A stretch of DNA of 55,726 nucleotides, filler included, from Fonticula-like sp. SCN 57-25 (taxonomy: Eukaryota): NCBI GenBank assembly GCA_001724245.1. It is 2 parts of 2 records of this genome, joined end to end, with 100 filler letters (N's around TTAATTAATTAA, not from the genome) between each part and the next. Parts side by side here need not be neighbours in the genome. Positions count along the whole stretch, not along the records: positions 1 to 31,356 come from MEDX01000062.1; positions 31,457 to 55,726 come from MEDX01000063.1. The stretch is one strand, 5' to 3'. Every line of letters starts with the position of its first letter. Within the stretch, counting starts at the first letter, position 1. The position numbers and the translations under genes were made by a program. Shown here in pieces: positions 24,828 through 39,272 of the stretch. The notes beneath the pieces are model-generated. The model was not told the DNA's origin. It saw only the letters and a list, made by a program, of their open reading frames with translations, and did not search any database.

Positions 24828-27800
24828 TTAAACCTCGGCCGAGAGCAGCTTGACCATCATGGCCATTGTGCGCGACTGTGCCACCGACGATCCCGGCTGC
24901 GCGTACATCCTGCTCAGCAGGCGGTTCAGCTGCTCGCGGAAGGCCCTCACCAGCGTCGCGACCTTTGGCGACGCGCGGATGCGCAGCCACTGGTCCACGA
25001 GGATCTCGTGGCGGTCGTGGCGGACCTCGAGCGAGCGGCTGCAGAGCAGAACCGCGTACGTCGAGACGAGAGTGTTCTCAGAGACGAACGTCAGGCCGCC
25101 ATGGGCAGAGGCGCTCTTCTGGACGAACGCGACGTACGGCTGCGCGTACCGCTTCTCATCAAACAGGACGGATGACGGGTGCGGCGTAACGCGCTCGCCA
25201 AACTGAGTGTGCAGCTTGAAGCTCTTTGCCTTGGCCTCGATCGCGACGGCGCCCTGAAGCGTCTGCAGGTACTCTGTTCAACGCGTGTCAGCAAAGGCGC
25301 TCAGGAAAAAAAAACGCACTCGTCTGCGGGCGCTGGACGCGCGCAATGTTGGGGTACAGTGCGGCGCAGAGCGCTCCCCGCACAATCTTTTCGTTTGCCG
25401 TGTTCTGGTTGGCCGCTGCCTCGTCCACGAGGAGCCCAATGTTCCACAGGCAGTCGAGGAACTGGTTCCGCATATCGTACACCGAGTTGAGTGTCTGTGC
25501 AGAGAGGAAATTGGCGCTGCAAAAGGCCGCGGCTTCCCGGCCGCGCAGCTTGGACCACGCAGAAAAGGCCGCGTGGTACGACAAAAGATCCGAGCGGCCC
25601 GTCGTGAACTTGGCGTGCGCCCTGACAAACAGAACAGTGAGCAAAAAATGCGGAAAGCACGCGAGCGGAATCCCCAATGCACGCACTGGTGGGCCTCTGC
25701 GCGCTTGTCGGCGGGCGACACAAACGGCGAGCGCAGGCTGAGGAACGCGGCAGCGGATAGCATCGGGTCGAGGCATCCAAACAGCGCGCCAAACACCAAA
25801 CTGCCGACCACAGGTGTGAGCACCAAATAAAAATNAGCGGCGTGAGCGTGTCGTCGGCGTCGATTGCCTGCGCGTCGATGAGCCGCTGGCGCGCCGTGTT
25901 GACGCGCTCGCGGGTCGGCGGCGTGAGCATTTCGTAGAGAAGGTCGATTGAGCGGCCGCCGGCCAGCAGCATGAGGATGACCTGGTCGAGCGGAACGCGC
26001 GCGAGCTCCTCGATAGGGAAACGAGGCATGCGACCGTGCTGTGCGCTCGTGTAAAGCTTGATGCAGACACCAGGGCGCACACGACCAGCGCGACCGCGAC
26101 GCTGCCGCGCATTCGCCTGCGAAACGTGCGTCACGACCAGCGACCGCGTGCTCGTCTGCTCGTCGTAGAGCATCTCCTTCATCTGGCCGCCGTCAATGAC
26201 GTACACAATGTCGTCGATGGTGACACTAGTTTCGGCAACGTTGGTGGAAACGACGACCTTGTAGTGGCCCGCGGGAGGCTTGGCAAAGACGCGAGACTGC
26301 TCGTCCCACGTCAATGTGGAGTGAAGAGGGAGCACGTGCGGCTTGAGAGGAGCGTCCGACGGCCACCCGTCCAGAATAAGATTCATGCAGCGGCTGTGCA
26401 CCGTGTCAGTAGGGGAAACTCATATACGTCCACTTTTGCGTACCGAATGTCGGAGAGACCAGACAAAAACACCAAGATGGCGCCCTTTTTCTCGGCGGCT
26501 GTCTTGATAGCAAAGTGAACAGCGCGCGCCGCCGTTTGTATGACGCCGTCGCTGCTAGCGACGACGGCATTGACCGCCACCGCCGTCTCGGCGTCGATGC
26601 CGTCCTTGGCGTACGCCTCGAGCGCCTCTGCGTTGGGCGTGAACCGCTTCTGGTTCTCAAAGCCTGGCCGCCGGACGAGGTCCTCGAGAAAGATGTCCTC
26701 GACGGGGTGCGTAAAGCCCGGGATGGTGAGCAGCGGCACCTTGCGACCTTTCGGGAGCGCCTGCTCCACGTACGCCGCAAAAGCCTCGGCGTTAAAGCTC
26801 GCCGACATGAGCACGATACGGAGCTCGCGGTTGGCGTCCTTGTTCGTGAGGAGCCTGCGGACGAGGAGAAGCGCCATGTCGCTGTCGACGGAGCGCTCGT
26901 GGACTTCGTCGAGAACGATATGTGTCACGCCTGCGAGCGTCGTGTCGTCCTGGAGGCGACGCAGGAGCACACCGGTCGTGCAAAAGAGCAGGCGCGTCCG
27001 CTTGGACGCTGCGCTATCAAACCTCACCGCGTAGCCGACAACGTCGCCCGACGACTCGCCGCGCTCCGCCGCCACGCGGTTCGCCACGCTCACGGCGGCA
27101 ATCCTGTGCGGCTGCGTGCATACGATGTTGCAGGCGCCGCCCGAGCCGCGCTCAATCATGTCTTCCAGGATAAACTGCGGGATCTGCGTGGTCTTACCGC
27201 AGCCCGTCTCACCAGAAATGATGACAACGCGCGACGATGAGAGCGCTTCGAGGAACTGCGCGCGGAACGACGCGGCGGGGAGGCGGTCGCGGACCGCGCG
27301 CATCGCCTTGACGGGCGCCGTCGTAGCTGCTGCGCGCTGCGCTGCCTGCAGCTGCTCGGACAGCGCGGCCTGGGCGCGCGCGTCCATCGGCACCTGCCGC
27401 CGCACCACCGACCGCTTCGTGTCATCCGACTCTGGGAGGGCAAGGTCGTCGGTCGACTCTGGCACGGCAATCGCGTCAACGTCCACCGCCTCGTCGTCAT
27501 CCGCGCCGCCGCTTGTCGCGTTAAGGCGCTCGCGCAGCGACACGAGCGACGGCGGGTCGGCGGCGAGCGCGTCAAACTGCTCCTGAGCAAAGCACGACAG
27601 CTCATAGAGCATCGGCGAGCCGGTTCGGCGCAGCGCCTCGGCGTACAGGGCGCGCAAGAGGTGCAGCCGGACGTACGACGGGAGGTGCGCGTTCTGCACG
27701 GCCATGGCGGGCGCGCGCACGGGGTACATGGGCGTCTCAAAGAAGAGGAGCGTGGTACCGGCCGCCGCGCCGTCGCAGGAGAGGCGGATTGTGTGCGTCG

Positions 27801-29085
27801 TAGCGTCAGTTCGCGCATACCCGTCGCCAAGAATTGCCTCCAGGGTGATGCTCTCTTCATCCATCAGCGCCGCATCCGACGACGCCAGGGCGTCCACCGA
27901 GCGCAGCTCCGCGTCGCCCGACACAAGGTCGTCCAGCAGCCACAACAGCGCCGCCGTCTCGTCCAGTCCGACATTGTCGACGGCCTCCTCGGCCTTGGGG
28001 CGCGGGAAGCCGTGCGACGCGAGGCGCAGCACGGTGCGGTCGCGCGAAAGGCGGTCGACCGTCACAAAGGAGAGCTGCGCCGGAGGGCTAAAGGCCTCGG
28101 GAAGGTCATCGGTAGGGAGGTACAAAAGCAGCCAGTCGAGCGCGTCGCTCTCGCTCGAGCACTGCTTGACGCACTCTTCCACGGCGGAAGGCGGGAAGCC
28201 GTACCCGCGGAGCACCTTGGAGAGCTGTGCGCGCTCCTCGGGCGACAATCCGCCGCCTTCCGCGTCGCCCATGAGGTCGTCGTCGCCGTCGTTGTCGTCC
28301 AAGACAAGCTCTTCTAGCAGCTGAAGCTGCTCCATAGAGAGCGTGGCGGTGTTGAGGTTGGCGGCGGCCGACTTGCCGCTGCCGCCGCCCGAGGCAGAAG
28401 GCGCAGGGCGAGGCGGCGGAGTAGGATCGGCGAAAATGTCAAGCTGAGTAGTGCGCTTTCCGCCTTCGCGCTTCTCCACGCCGGCGACAATGTCGGTCCA
28501 ATACTCACGGTAGCCCGGCGGCAGCATGCGGTTCAGCTGCATCTGCGGCACCACTTCGGCGAGTGCATTCGTGGCCGCGTGCTGGCGGGCCTCCGCCGAA
28601 GTGCCAAACGTGTCGGGCGTGCTGAACATGGCGCTCCTGTCCTTTCCGAGCTTCTTGTCAAACGAAGAAAGGCGCACGGTGCCGACAAGGCCAAGCTGGC
28701 CCTTGCGCCGAGCCGTGCCAACATCGGGCTTGTTCCAGCCATTGCGCCGGCACAGCTCGGCAAGGATCGTCGTCGGGATCTTGCCGGTCCACTTGATCAG
28801 CTGCTGATGATAAGGCCGCTCGGGGATCTCTGGCGGCGGCGGCGCTGGCGCAGGAGCGCCTGCCGGTGCGGTCGACCCCTTGGATCCGGACGCCAGCGAT
28901 GTCTTGGATGACGACGCCGATGACGAGCCGCGATTCGCGTCTTTCCCCTTTGACGAAGAGGCACCGGCATTCTTGTCCTTGTCTGACGCTCCCGCAGCTG
29001 CGCCTTTGCCTTTGCCGGCAGGCGCGGCCGCGCCCGGCTCCGGCGGCGGCACCTTTTGCTTAGGCCGTACAAAGCCGCGCGTCAT
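24828..29085 (-). CDS. DHX57: DEAH-box RNA helicase, DHX57/YLR419W/Ucp12-like (UBA and RWD regions)
   Basis: GETGCGKTTQIPQ, DEVHER, STNVAETSVT, QRRGRAGR, UBA-like ALDWLLLYLP..LP and N-terminal WTGKIP. The single N at 25835 hides missing sequence. Confidence 0.88.
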
Positions 29086-29221
29086 TGCTTGGCCACGTGG
29101 TCGATGAGCAGCGTAGTGGAAGGTCCTATACTCGCATAGTTCGAAAGAATATTATAATTATGATGTCCAAATCGGCAGCAGTATATTATAACAAAAAAGG
29201 GGTAAATTGTACAGAGCTATG

Positions 29222-31356
29222 TTACTTTCTCCAATATTGAGCCCATTTGTGGACCGTTTCGACGACCTGCGCAAAGAGGGCTCTCATGCTGTTGCTGATG
29301 AGGTCGCGCATGTACTGGATGGCCTCCTCGTCCGAGCGCTGCAGCTGAAGGTTCTCCTCGACCTTGCTGACCGCCTTGTCCGGGTCCTGTGCAATGTTGC
29401 TGACGTTCGAGTCGTGCATGAGCGCAAGCAGAACGAGAATGAGGTTGGACGACTTGCGGAGCGTATTGTACGACTCGTAGCAGTACGACCTAAACTTTTT
29501 CACGAGCGGAACATCCTCGCCGTCCCCGCCCTACGCGCCACGTTAGCACAAAAGCAAAAGCGGCACGATGGCCGTACCATAGCCTGCACCATTTCCGAGC
29601 ACAGCTTCATGGGCGGAGGGAAGGGCTTTGGGTCGTTGCCGAGGATGAACCCGAAATCAATGTGCAGCAGATTCCCGTCCTTTGTGAGCAGCAGGTTGTC
29701 GAGGTGACGGTCGCCGATTCCGAGAATGTACGTGATGACGCAGTACCCCGCGCAGCTCTTCACGTACGTGTCCATTGCGGCTGGGCTGATGCCAAACTCG
29801 GCCGACGGGTCCGCGTTGTGCTTTCGCAAAAAGATCCGCAGGTCGTTTCCGTTGTTGTCCAGGATGGACGCAAGCGGCTCGGCCGAGACAAACTGCATGA
29901 AGCCCTGGTTCGGCAGCGTCGGCAGGATCTGGTAAGGCGTCAGGTGCATGTCCAGCTTCTCCTTGCGCAGGAGGCGGTCCATCAGCCGGATGAGCTGCAT
30001 GACGAGCTGGTCCTGCTGCAGGTCGTCGCCGTCCTTGAAGATGACGGAATACTCGCCGCCGTCCTTGGTCCGGAACGTCAGAAACACCGGCTGCTTGGCC
30101 GACTTGAACACGTTGGCCGTATGCGGCACGATGCCCGTGATGATGACGGACGGGTCCAGCATCAGCGGCATCGGCTTGGGGAACGTCTCGAGGCCGCGCT
30201 CAGGCTCGGCAAGCATGCTGCGGAGCCGCTCAATCTTCTTTTGGCGGTTGAGTGGCGCAAGCTTGGACAGAATCTCGGTCAGCTGGTTCAGCAGGCGCTT
30301 CTGGTTCTGCAGGTCCTCGTAGCGCTCCTTGCCGCCCGGATGCTGCGTCAGCTGCGTCAAAAAGATCCCGAGGACGCGGCTGTACACGTCCTTGTACCGC
30401 TCGTCGTTGGACTCCACCGACAGACACCAGAACAGCGAGTTGCCCACCGCCGGGCTCGAGATGCCCCGCGAAATAAGAAAAGAGACGAGCGCTGAATCTT
30501 CCGCCGACGACTGCTTGCCAAAGTTTTCATACTTTAGCGCCTGCACAAGCTGGAGCAGGTAAAGCTGCAGCTCCTCGTCGTCGGTGCCGCTCTCGAGGCG
30601 CTTGGCCGCGTACGCGCGCACGGCCGGGTGCTTGAAGACCGGCTGCAGCAGTTCGAGCGCGTCCTCAATGTCGATGGGCGCCCACTTTGGCAACAGGTCG
30701 CACGCCGCGCGGACCTGCTCCTCGTTGTCCCACTCGACCGAGCGCAGGAACTTTGTGAGCGCCTTTTTCTCGCGGCTGAGGTGGTAGCGGTAGCGCCACA
30801 GCAAGTCCTGCTCGTCCTGGCGCAGCGGACGCGTGCTCGGGCTCCACATGAGCTTGTTCAGCTGATTTCGGGCCGCGGCGTTTGGCTTTAGGTTCTCCTC
30901 GTGCACCTGGCCGTGGCGATTCGAGCGCGCAAGCTGGCTGTGCTTCTTTTCTACGGGGTTCTCGCCGTCCGCGTCAGGGTCCATGACGATCGCCAGCTTG
31001 CCAAACACCTGCTGCCTCGCGTTGGACCACCCGTTCGCCGTCCATGTGCCGTCGCTGCGCTTGGCGTCAAAGATGACGGGGTACTGGAAGCGCTCAAGGC
31101 GGATATCAAGCTGCATAGAGTTGGTGCGGTGGAGCTCCTCGCGCTCCTGCTCAATGAGGAGAGGGAGCGTGAGGCTGTCGAGCCACTCTAGCTTGGCGTA
31201 CTCGGACCCGCGCTCCATGCGCTTGCGGGCCTTTTGGAGACGGTAGAGCTGCTCCAGGCCGCTCACCTTGTGCGGCGTCGAAGAGCGGTGGCTCCCGTCC
31301 CCAGGGTGGTTCGGCCATAGAAATAAGCGATGCGGCCCTTCTTTCAGTTTTCTGTT
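29222..31356 (-). CDS. PIK3C3: Class III PI 3-kinase Vps34, 5' end lost in the gap
   Basis: WLDSLT, ALTKFLRSVEW, LYLLQLVQAL, FKDGDDLQQDQL, GIGDRHLDN, HIDFGFILGNDPKPFPPPMK and C-terminal HKWAQYWRK. Confidence 0.97.
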
Positions 31357-31456
31357 NNNNNNNNNNNNNNNNNNNNNNNNNNNNNNNNNNNNNNNNNNNN
31401 TTAATTAATTAANNNNNNNNNNNNNNNNNNNNNNNNNNNNNNNNNNNNNNNNNNNN
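31357..31456. other. Artificial assembly spacer: 44 N + TTAATTAATTAA + 44 N
   Basis: Exactly 100 nt, with a palindromic 12-mer that puts stop codons in all six frames. The genes on both sides are truncated. Confidence 0.95.
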
Positions 31457-32029
31457 CGTGCCGCTCTCGTCGAACGCGACAGTGTTGACGCAGCCGTTGT
31501 GGCCGTCGAGCTTGCGCTCGAGGCGGAGGCGGTGCACAAAGGAGGGGTGCGCGTACAGATCGCGGCGGACGCGGAAGGGGAGGGGGGAGACACCTTCGCG
31601 CGAGGCGAGAACATTGTACACGTTGACCGCGCGGCGTTTCGAGGGGCGGTCGAAAGAGGAGGCGTCGGGCGAGGAGGCGTCGGGGGGAGGCGAGCTAGAG
31701 GAAGCGTCGCTATCGTAAGAGTACAGGAGTGACTCGAGCGGATCCTCGCCAAACATGTCCTCATCGTCATCGTCGTCATCGTCGTCATCATCATGGTCGT
31801 GGTCGTCATCATGATCATGATCATCGTCGTCGTCATCATCATCCTCGTCTTCTTCGTCTTGGTCTTCATGCTCGTCATCCCCGTGCCCTTCTTCTTCACG
31901 AAGTACCGCTTCGCCTACCAAGCGCTCTCCCGCCACCCCGCTGCTTACGTCACCCGCACCGCCATCCGTCCCGGCCACTTCGCGCGGCGCGCCCGCCTCG
32001 CCTTCCACGTCCTCCCAAAAGTCAGCCAT
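31457..32029 (-). CDS. DCAF8: DCAF8/WDR42A-like WD40 protein, N-terminal part only (3' end lost in the gap)
   Basis: Acidic N-terminus, then SFVHRLRLERKLDGHNGCVNTVAFDESGT, which matches the first WD repeat of the DCAF8/DCAF6 family. Confidence 0.7.
31757..31880 (-). repeat. GAT/GAC/CAT trinucleotide low-complexity tract encoding poly-Asp with His
   Basis: Encodes DDEHEDQDEEDEDDDDDDDDHDHDDDHDHDDDDDDDDDDED. Confidence 0.85.
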
Positions 32030-32318
32030 CGCGCGCCTGCTTGTCATCCCACGCCGCTCAGTTTCCCCGGCGTCGTCCGAAATGCCGCGTCGCTCGATTC
32101 CCGACCCGCAGACAACACCACTTTGCTGACTGCGCAAATTGGATCGCGATCCAGATCGCCGCACTGTCAGCTGAAGGTGGGTGGGCCAAGCGCCCCCCCC
32201 TGCGCCAGGTTTTATTCGCCGAAGATCGTGGTCTTAGCCCGTCTTTCCCCCATCACCCCACCCACACTTCCTCCTCCTGGCGTACCCGGGCGTGCCGTCG
32301 GGACTAGGCGAGCGTCGT

Positions 32319-33334
32319 ATGAGTAAGCATCATGAGGATCACAACATTTCGGTGACGGACCTTGGCGATATCGTGTCGTCTGGCTCGCGCCAGTTTGTGG
32401 CGCACCATCGCTCGCATGAATCCAGCGAGTCATCGCCGACCGGCGCGGTAAACGCGGCCGGTGCGGCCTCCTCGCCCTCGCTGTCGCTGGACAACAAGGG
32501 GCTCAAGTCGCTCACGGCAGCGTCATCGGCCTCGCCCAGCATGCTCGGCCACCGCCCGCTCGACCCGTCGAGCACCTTTGAGCGCCAAAAGCCCAACACT
32601 GTGACCGGCATCTGCACTGATGAGCCGGACGGCGAGCGCGACCACCTCAGCGCCGATCTCACCGAGATCTTTGCGTACAACGAGCGCTGGGCGGCTTCCA
32701 TGAAGCAGCAGAACGCCATGTTTTTCAAGCAGCTCGCCGCGCAGCAGGCGCCCAAGTTTCTGTGGATCGGCTGCTCGGACAGCCGCGTCCCCGTACGCGC
32801 CTTTATTTCTCTTTCATTTCTTGCTCACATCTCATGGCTTGATAGGCGAACCAGCTGATGGGCCTTGCGCCCGGCGAGGTTTTCGTGCATCGCAATGTCG
32901 CGAATGTCGTGAACCACACCGACCTCAACTGCCTGTCTGTGCTGCAGTACGCCGTCGAGGTGCTCAAGGTGGAGCACATCATTGTTTGCGGCCACTACGG
33001 CTGCGGTGGCGTGCGCGCTGCGACGCGTAACGAGAAGCTCGGCCTCATCGACAACTGGATTCGCAGCATCAAGGACGTCTACCACGCCAACATCGAGGAG
33101 CTGAGCCACTTTAAGGACGCTGACCACATCGTCGACCGCGTCTGCGAGCTCAACGTGCGCGAGCAGGTCGGCAACGTGTGCCAGACGAGCATCGTGCAGG
33201 ACGCGTGGGACCGGGGCCAGACGCTCGCCGTCCACGGGTGGATGTACGACATTCGGGACGGCCTGCTCCGCGAGCAGCACCTCTGCGTCACGGGCAAGCA
33301 GCAGCTCCACCGGGTCTACCGCTTCGAGTCCTAG
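32319..33334 (+). CDS. Beta-class carbonic anhydrase with Ser-rich N-terminal extension
   Basis: WIGCSDSRVP, then intron 32793-32845, then ANQLMGLAPGEVFVHRNVAN and CGHYGCGG zinc ligands. Confidence 0.95.
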
Positions 33335-33587
33335 GCTCTTTATCCTTTGAAACACGATTATATAGTCGATTCGTGCTTGTCATTCGCCCCAATTCCATAT
33401 CATCATCCTTGTCATTGCTAGTGTATCCCCCCGCTCCATGTTTATCGAGTATAAATATGAACGATACTGTGTATTGGTACTCTTAATGGAACCCCTTTTA
33501 TATGTTATTTCCCTTTTCCCATTGGTCCAATTGCGATTTCGTCATCCAAAGTAAAAGTGTATTGGTACAAGGGCGACTATAGAGTGT

Positions 33588-35135
33588 CTAAAGAGCGGTC
33601 CAGCAGCTGCTGTCGAGGAAGCGCAGCAGCGCCGGCATCTGCGCGGGGGTCGCGCCGGCGAACCCAAAGAGCGCGTCGATGTAGTTGTACAGGATGAGCG
33701 TGCGGATGTCGACCGACTTGATGTCGGCAAACACGGCCGCGGCCTCGACGGCGAGCAGATTCATTGCGTCGTTGAGGTCCTCCACGGTCGTGGTGTCCTG
33801 GTCGAGCATGCACGCGTCGGTCGGCGTCGGAAACTCGCTTTCGGCGGCGAGCGGCGGCTGCGCAGCCCAGTACTCGTAGCGCGCGCGCAGGACGAGGTCG
33901 CCCGCGGGCCACTCGACGGCGGCCTTTGATTGGCCGTCCTTGAGCTCGCGCGCGATGCGCTGAAAGAGCGTCGCCAGGACGCGCACCTTGAGCTGCGCCG
34001 GCCACTTTCTGTCGAGCGGGACGGCGAGCTTTTCGAGGCGCGCGGCGCTCTCCTGCACCTCGGAGCGCGTGATCAGCGACACAGAGGCGACCATGACGTT
34101 GCCCGTGCGCAGCGAGACAACGTGGTGGAGCCAGTAGGGCGGGATGAGGAGCATGTCATTGGGGCCGAGGTCGACGTACGTCATGTGCTCCTCGCGCGCC
34201 GCGATGAAGGCGGCGGCGCCGGGGGCCGACGGGTCGACGGGCATCATCTCGTCGTCAAGCTCGAGCTGCGAGTGGCCGTCGGCGGGGGGGTTAAAGGGGA
34301 AGATCTGGGCCGCGGGGAGGGCCGACGGCGGGAGAAGGAAGAAGCGCTTGAAGCCGCGGAGCTGCACGTACACATTGTACGACGCGTCATAGTGCAGCGA
34401 GGAAATGATGCCTTCGCGGCCGAGCCACACTTGAACGCCGGGCTCGCCCATTTTCTCGCGCGCGGCGTAGGGGCGGACGGGGTACAGGTTCTGCTTCATC
34501 CAAAGAGGGAGGTTGCCGAGCGACTGGCGCGCGATCAGGTACACGTAGTCGGCCTCGGCGGAATCGTTGGCGGCGGCCTTGACAAAGGAGCGGCCGCTCA
34601 TGTGGACGACATCGTGGCGGGGGATGCGCTCGTCGCCATCGCGCGGATCCATGTCGAGCTTGCGCGCCTTGGGGCTGTAATAGATGAAGCGAGGCGACTT
34701 GCTCACAAAGATGTTGCTAATGTCGCGCTCGCCAATGAGCCCCTCGTAGAGCTGAGGGGTAAACGCCCAGGTCTGGCCAGCATTCCAGCCAAAAAAGACG
34801 GGCGAGTGCTCAAGCTTGTACGGGAGATGCTGCTTGGCAAGGTACGGAATAGGGCTCTTATCGGGCGTCTGCTTCTGAATGTCCTCCCACTCAATCACAT
34901 CGACGGCCTTCCACTTGCTCGGGGCGGCCGGCAACTCGGGCAGGTACTTTGGCGGATACTCGGGCTCCTCTACCGGCTCGACGGGCGCGTTCGGAGCGAA
35001 AAAGACAAAGGCAAGGCCAATCAGGACAGCCAACAGGGCCGCATACAGCGCGTTCCGGACATTGAAGAAGGAGGAGCCGCCCGATGTCGGCCGGGGCGCC
35101 GATGGCGCGCCTCCAGTCCGCTTTCGCCCTGACAT
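33588..35135 (-). CDS. JmjC/cupin-like 2-oxoglutarate oxygenase with N-terminal transmembrane anchor, intronless
   Basis: TM segment ALYAALLAVLIGLAFVFF, WLG..SSLHYDASYN (HxD), GFKRFFLLPP and LLIPPYWLHHV. Confidence 0.85.
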   Translation of the reverse strand: MSGRKRTGGAPSAPRPTSGGSSFFNVRNALYAALLAVLIGLAFVFFAPNAPVEPVEEPEYPPKYLPELPAAPSKWKAVDVIEWEDIQKQTPDKSPIPYLAKQHLPYKLEHSPVFFGWNAGQTWAFTPQLYEGLIGERDISNIFVSKSPRFIYYSPKARKLDMDPRDGDERIPRHDVVHMSGRSFVKAAANDSAEADYVYLIARQSLGNLPLWMKQNLYPVRPYAAREKMGEPGVQVWLGREGIISSLHYDASYNVYVQLRGFKRFFLLPPSALPAAQIFPFNPPADGHSQLELDDEMMPVDPSAPGAAAFIAAREEHMTYVDLGPNDMLLIPPYWLHHVVSLRTGNVMVASVSLITRSEVQESAARLEKLAVPLDRKWPAQLKVRVLATLFQRIARELKDGQSKAAVEWPAGDLVLRARYEYWAAQPPLAAESEFPTPTDACMLDQDTTTVEDLNDAMNLLAVEAAAVFADIKSVDIRTLILYNYIDALFGFAGATPAQMPALLRFLDSSCWTAL

Positions 35136-35317
35136 TTCCCACAGAGGAAAACTGCAAACTGCAAACTGACTGCACGATCAAGGTTGCGTCATATCCTGCA
35201 ATATCCGACCGTTACAAAAGGGACCTTGTGGAATTAATCGCGTCCCCTCTGAAACAAACATAGCACGTGGGCTTCCAGAAGGACCCGTCGCGATTGTTCA
35301 ATTTGCAATATTCGAGG

Positions 35318-37118
<1,801 letters not shown>

Positions 37119-37280
37119 GCGATTCCTTCTTTGTAGCTTCGCATAATACACCTGTCTTTAGCCTCTATTTCTTGCCATGTCCACACTTGATCAAAATGAT
37201 GCACAGATGAACACTTGTCCACCAGAGATGAACTTTGCCAAGCAGCTGCAAGCGCTGCCCCTCCAGTAGAATCACGTGAC

Positions 37281-39170
37281 ATGAGGGTGGTGGCGCCCCT
37301 GGCCGGCATTGAGGATGTGCTGCGCTGGCAGCCGGGTGCGAGCGGCGATCACACGGTGAGCCGCACGCCGCTTGCTGTGCGTGCTTTTTCAATACACCCA
37401 AAGATGCTTGTTTGCCATGACATGAAGGGCGGGTACCTTGAGGACGCCCTTGTGGACGGGGTTTGGGCGGAGAGTGATTCGAATGCCGATGCCGATGGCG
37501 CGCTGGCGTCGAATGCGCCGTACCGCTTGCGCCACTTTGCGCTCGCAGACTATTTTGTGTACTTTAGCCACGCGCGTGTTTCTATCCCTCCGCCCGGCTG
37601 GACGGATGCGTGCCATGTGAATGGCGTGATGTGCCTCGGCACGCTTCTGACCGAGTGGGACGAAGGCGCTGTTGATCTCGCCCGCCTTCTCGCCTCATCG
37701 TCTCAGGTGGCCGATCAGCTTGCGCGCATTGCGTGTCACCTTGGCTTTGACGGCTGGCTGGTGAACATTGAGAACGCCCTTCCCGATGCGGCCGCGGCGG
37801 CATCTGTAGCTGCGTTTGTGGGCAATCTTCGGCGGTCCCTTGTTCGCCTGGTGCCGCACGGCCGCGTCGTGTGGTACGACAGCGTGGTGAGCGACGGCGC
37901 GCTAAAATGGCAGAATCACCTCAATGAGCACAACGAACAATTCTTTCACGAGTGCGATCTGTTCTTCACAAACTATTCCTGGAAGGCGGACGAGCCGGCC
38001 ATCTCTACCCGTGCGTTTGGCACTGTGAAAAGGTGTGACTAATATCTTTTCCTTCATCCCCATACACAGAGAATGCGGGCTCTCGCCACAAGGACATCCT
38101 GACCGGCATTGACGTATGGGGCCGCAACACCCTTTTTGGCGGGAACGAAAGCGGCCTTGGTGTCGCCCACTGCTTCTCGGCCGGCACCGGCGTCGCCCTC
38201 TTTGCGCCCGCGTGGACGCACGAGGTCGGCGGCCCTGTCGGCTTTGAGCAGCGCGACGACGACCTCTGGACAGCTGGAAAGGACAGCATTGCCGCCCACG
38301 TGGTTGCGCGGCCGCACTCGCTCGGTGCCGGCGGCGCGTTCGGAACGACGTTTGGCGACGGGTTTGGTTTGCAGTTTGCATGTGCTTTGGGGAGTGGCGG
38401 CGCGTGGTTTAGCCTTTCGCTGACGTCGCCGTCGGCGCTGCCGGGCGCATGTGTCGAGCACTGCAACGACGCTTTTTTTGGCGGCGCGTGCGTCGCATCG
38501 ATCGGCAAGCCGTTCCTTGCAGTGTCAGTCGAGCCAACGAGGTCGTCACTGCGCTTTTCTGTTGCGCTGAGCGGCGCGTCTTTATCTTTATCTTCTTCCG
38601 ACGCTTCTTTTGACTTTACTTCTCTTTTTGGCGCGCACGGGTGGCGCACGGCGAACGTGTCGGCGCGGCCAACCGGCGTCGCTGATTGGACGGCGGTGTC
38701 GGGCGAGCTTGTTCGCGAGCCCGGCTGCACCGATGACGTCATACTGCTGAGGGCCGCCAGCGGGGCGCGCGTCGGCGGCGCGGCGCTGTGGGACGAGGCC
38801 ACGTGGGAGCTGCGCAGCGACGATGGCGTGACGTGCGCGGCAAAGGACGGTCGGGCAATGCTGTCGGGCGTCGCGGCAGAGCGCGTCGGTGACCACGTGG
38901 TGGTGTCCTTTGTGCACGAGGTGCGCCTAGTGCATGCTCTTTTGGTTGCTGACCAGTTTGCAGTTTGCGTCGCATGGGGGGATTGTGGTGTTTGGTTGGC
39001 GCCAGGAGGGTCGGTTTATCGTCGCGGGGGCGGCGCGGCAGCACAGCGCGTGGCTCGCTGGCGTGCCGCGGGGCGTGCGCGAGATAGAGTGCGTCGCGAC
39101 GGTGCTGAACGGGTGTTTGGTCGACGGCGCGGGGCCGATCGTCATGCCGATCACCGGCGGGTCAACGTGA
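37281..39170 (+). CDS. ENGASE: Endo-beta-N-acetylglucosaminidase (GH85)
   Basis: LVCHDMKGGY, FVYFSHARV.IPP.GW, GFDGWLVNIEN, WYDSV..G.LKWQN, FFTNYSW and GIDVWGR. Introns at ~38011 and ~38921. Confidence 0.92.
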
Positions 39171-39272
39171 TCAGGTGTACAATAACGGATTCATATCATT
39201 ATTAAAGATTGCATGGTCAAATACATATCAAATAAGCGTATGGGAAAGCACAGCAAAACAAAAACGAAACTG

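Noticed and set aside
25780-25850. Apparent frameshift or pseudogenisation in the DHX57-like helicase
   Set aside because: It coincides with the single N at 25835. Conserved HA2 residues after LTPL and an intron donor are missing, consistent with a collapsed assembly gap.
31357-31456. Palindromic TTAATTAATTAA between N runs; apparent DCAF8-Vps34 fusion or adjacency
   Set aside because: A symmetric 100-nt artificial spacer with six-frame stops. The true gap size and adjacency are unknown, so it is not biological.
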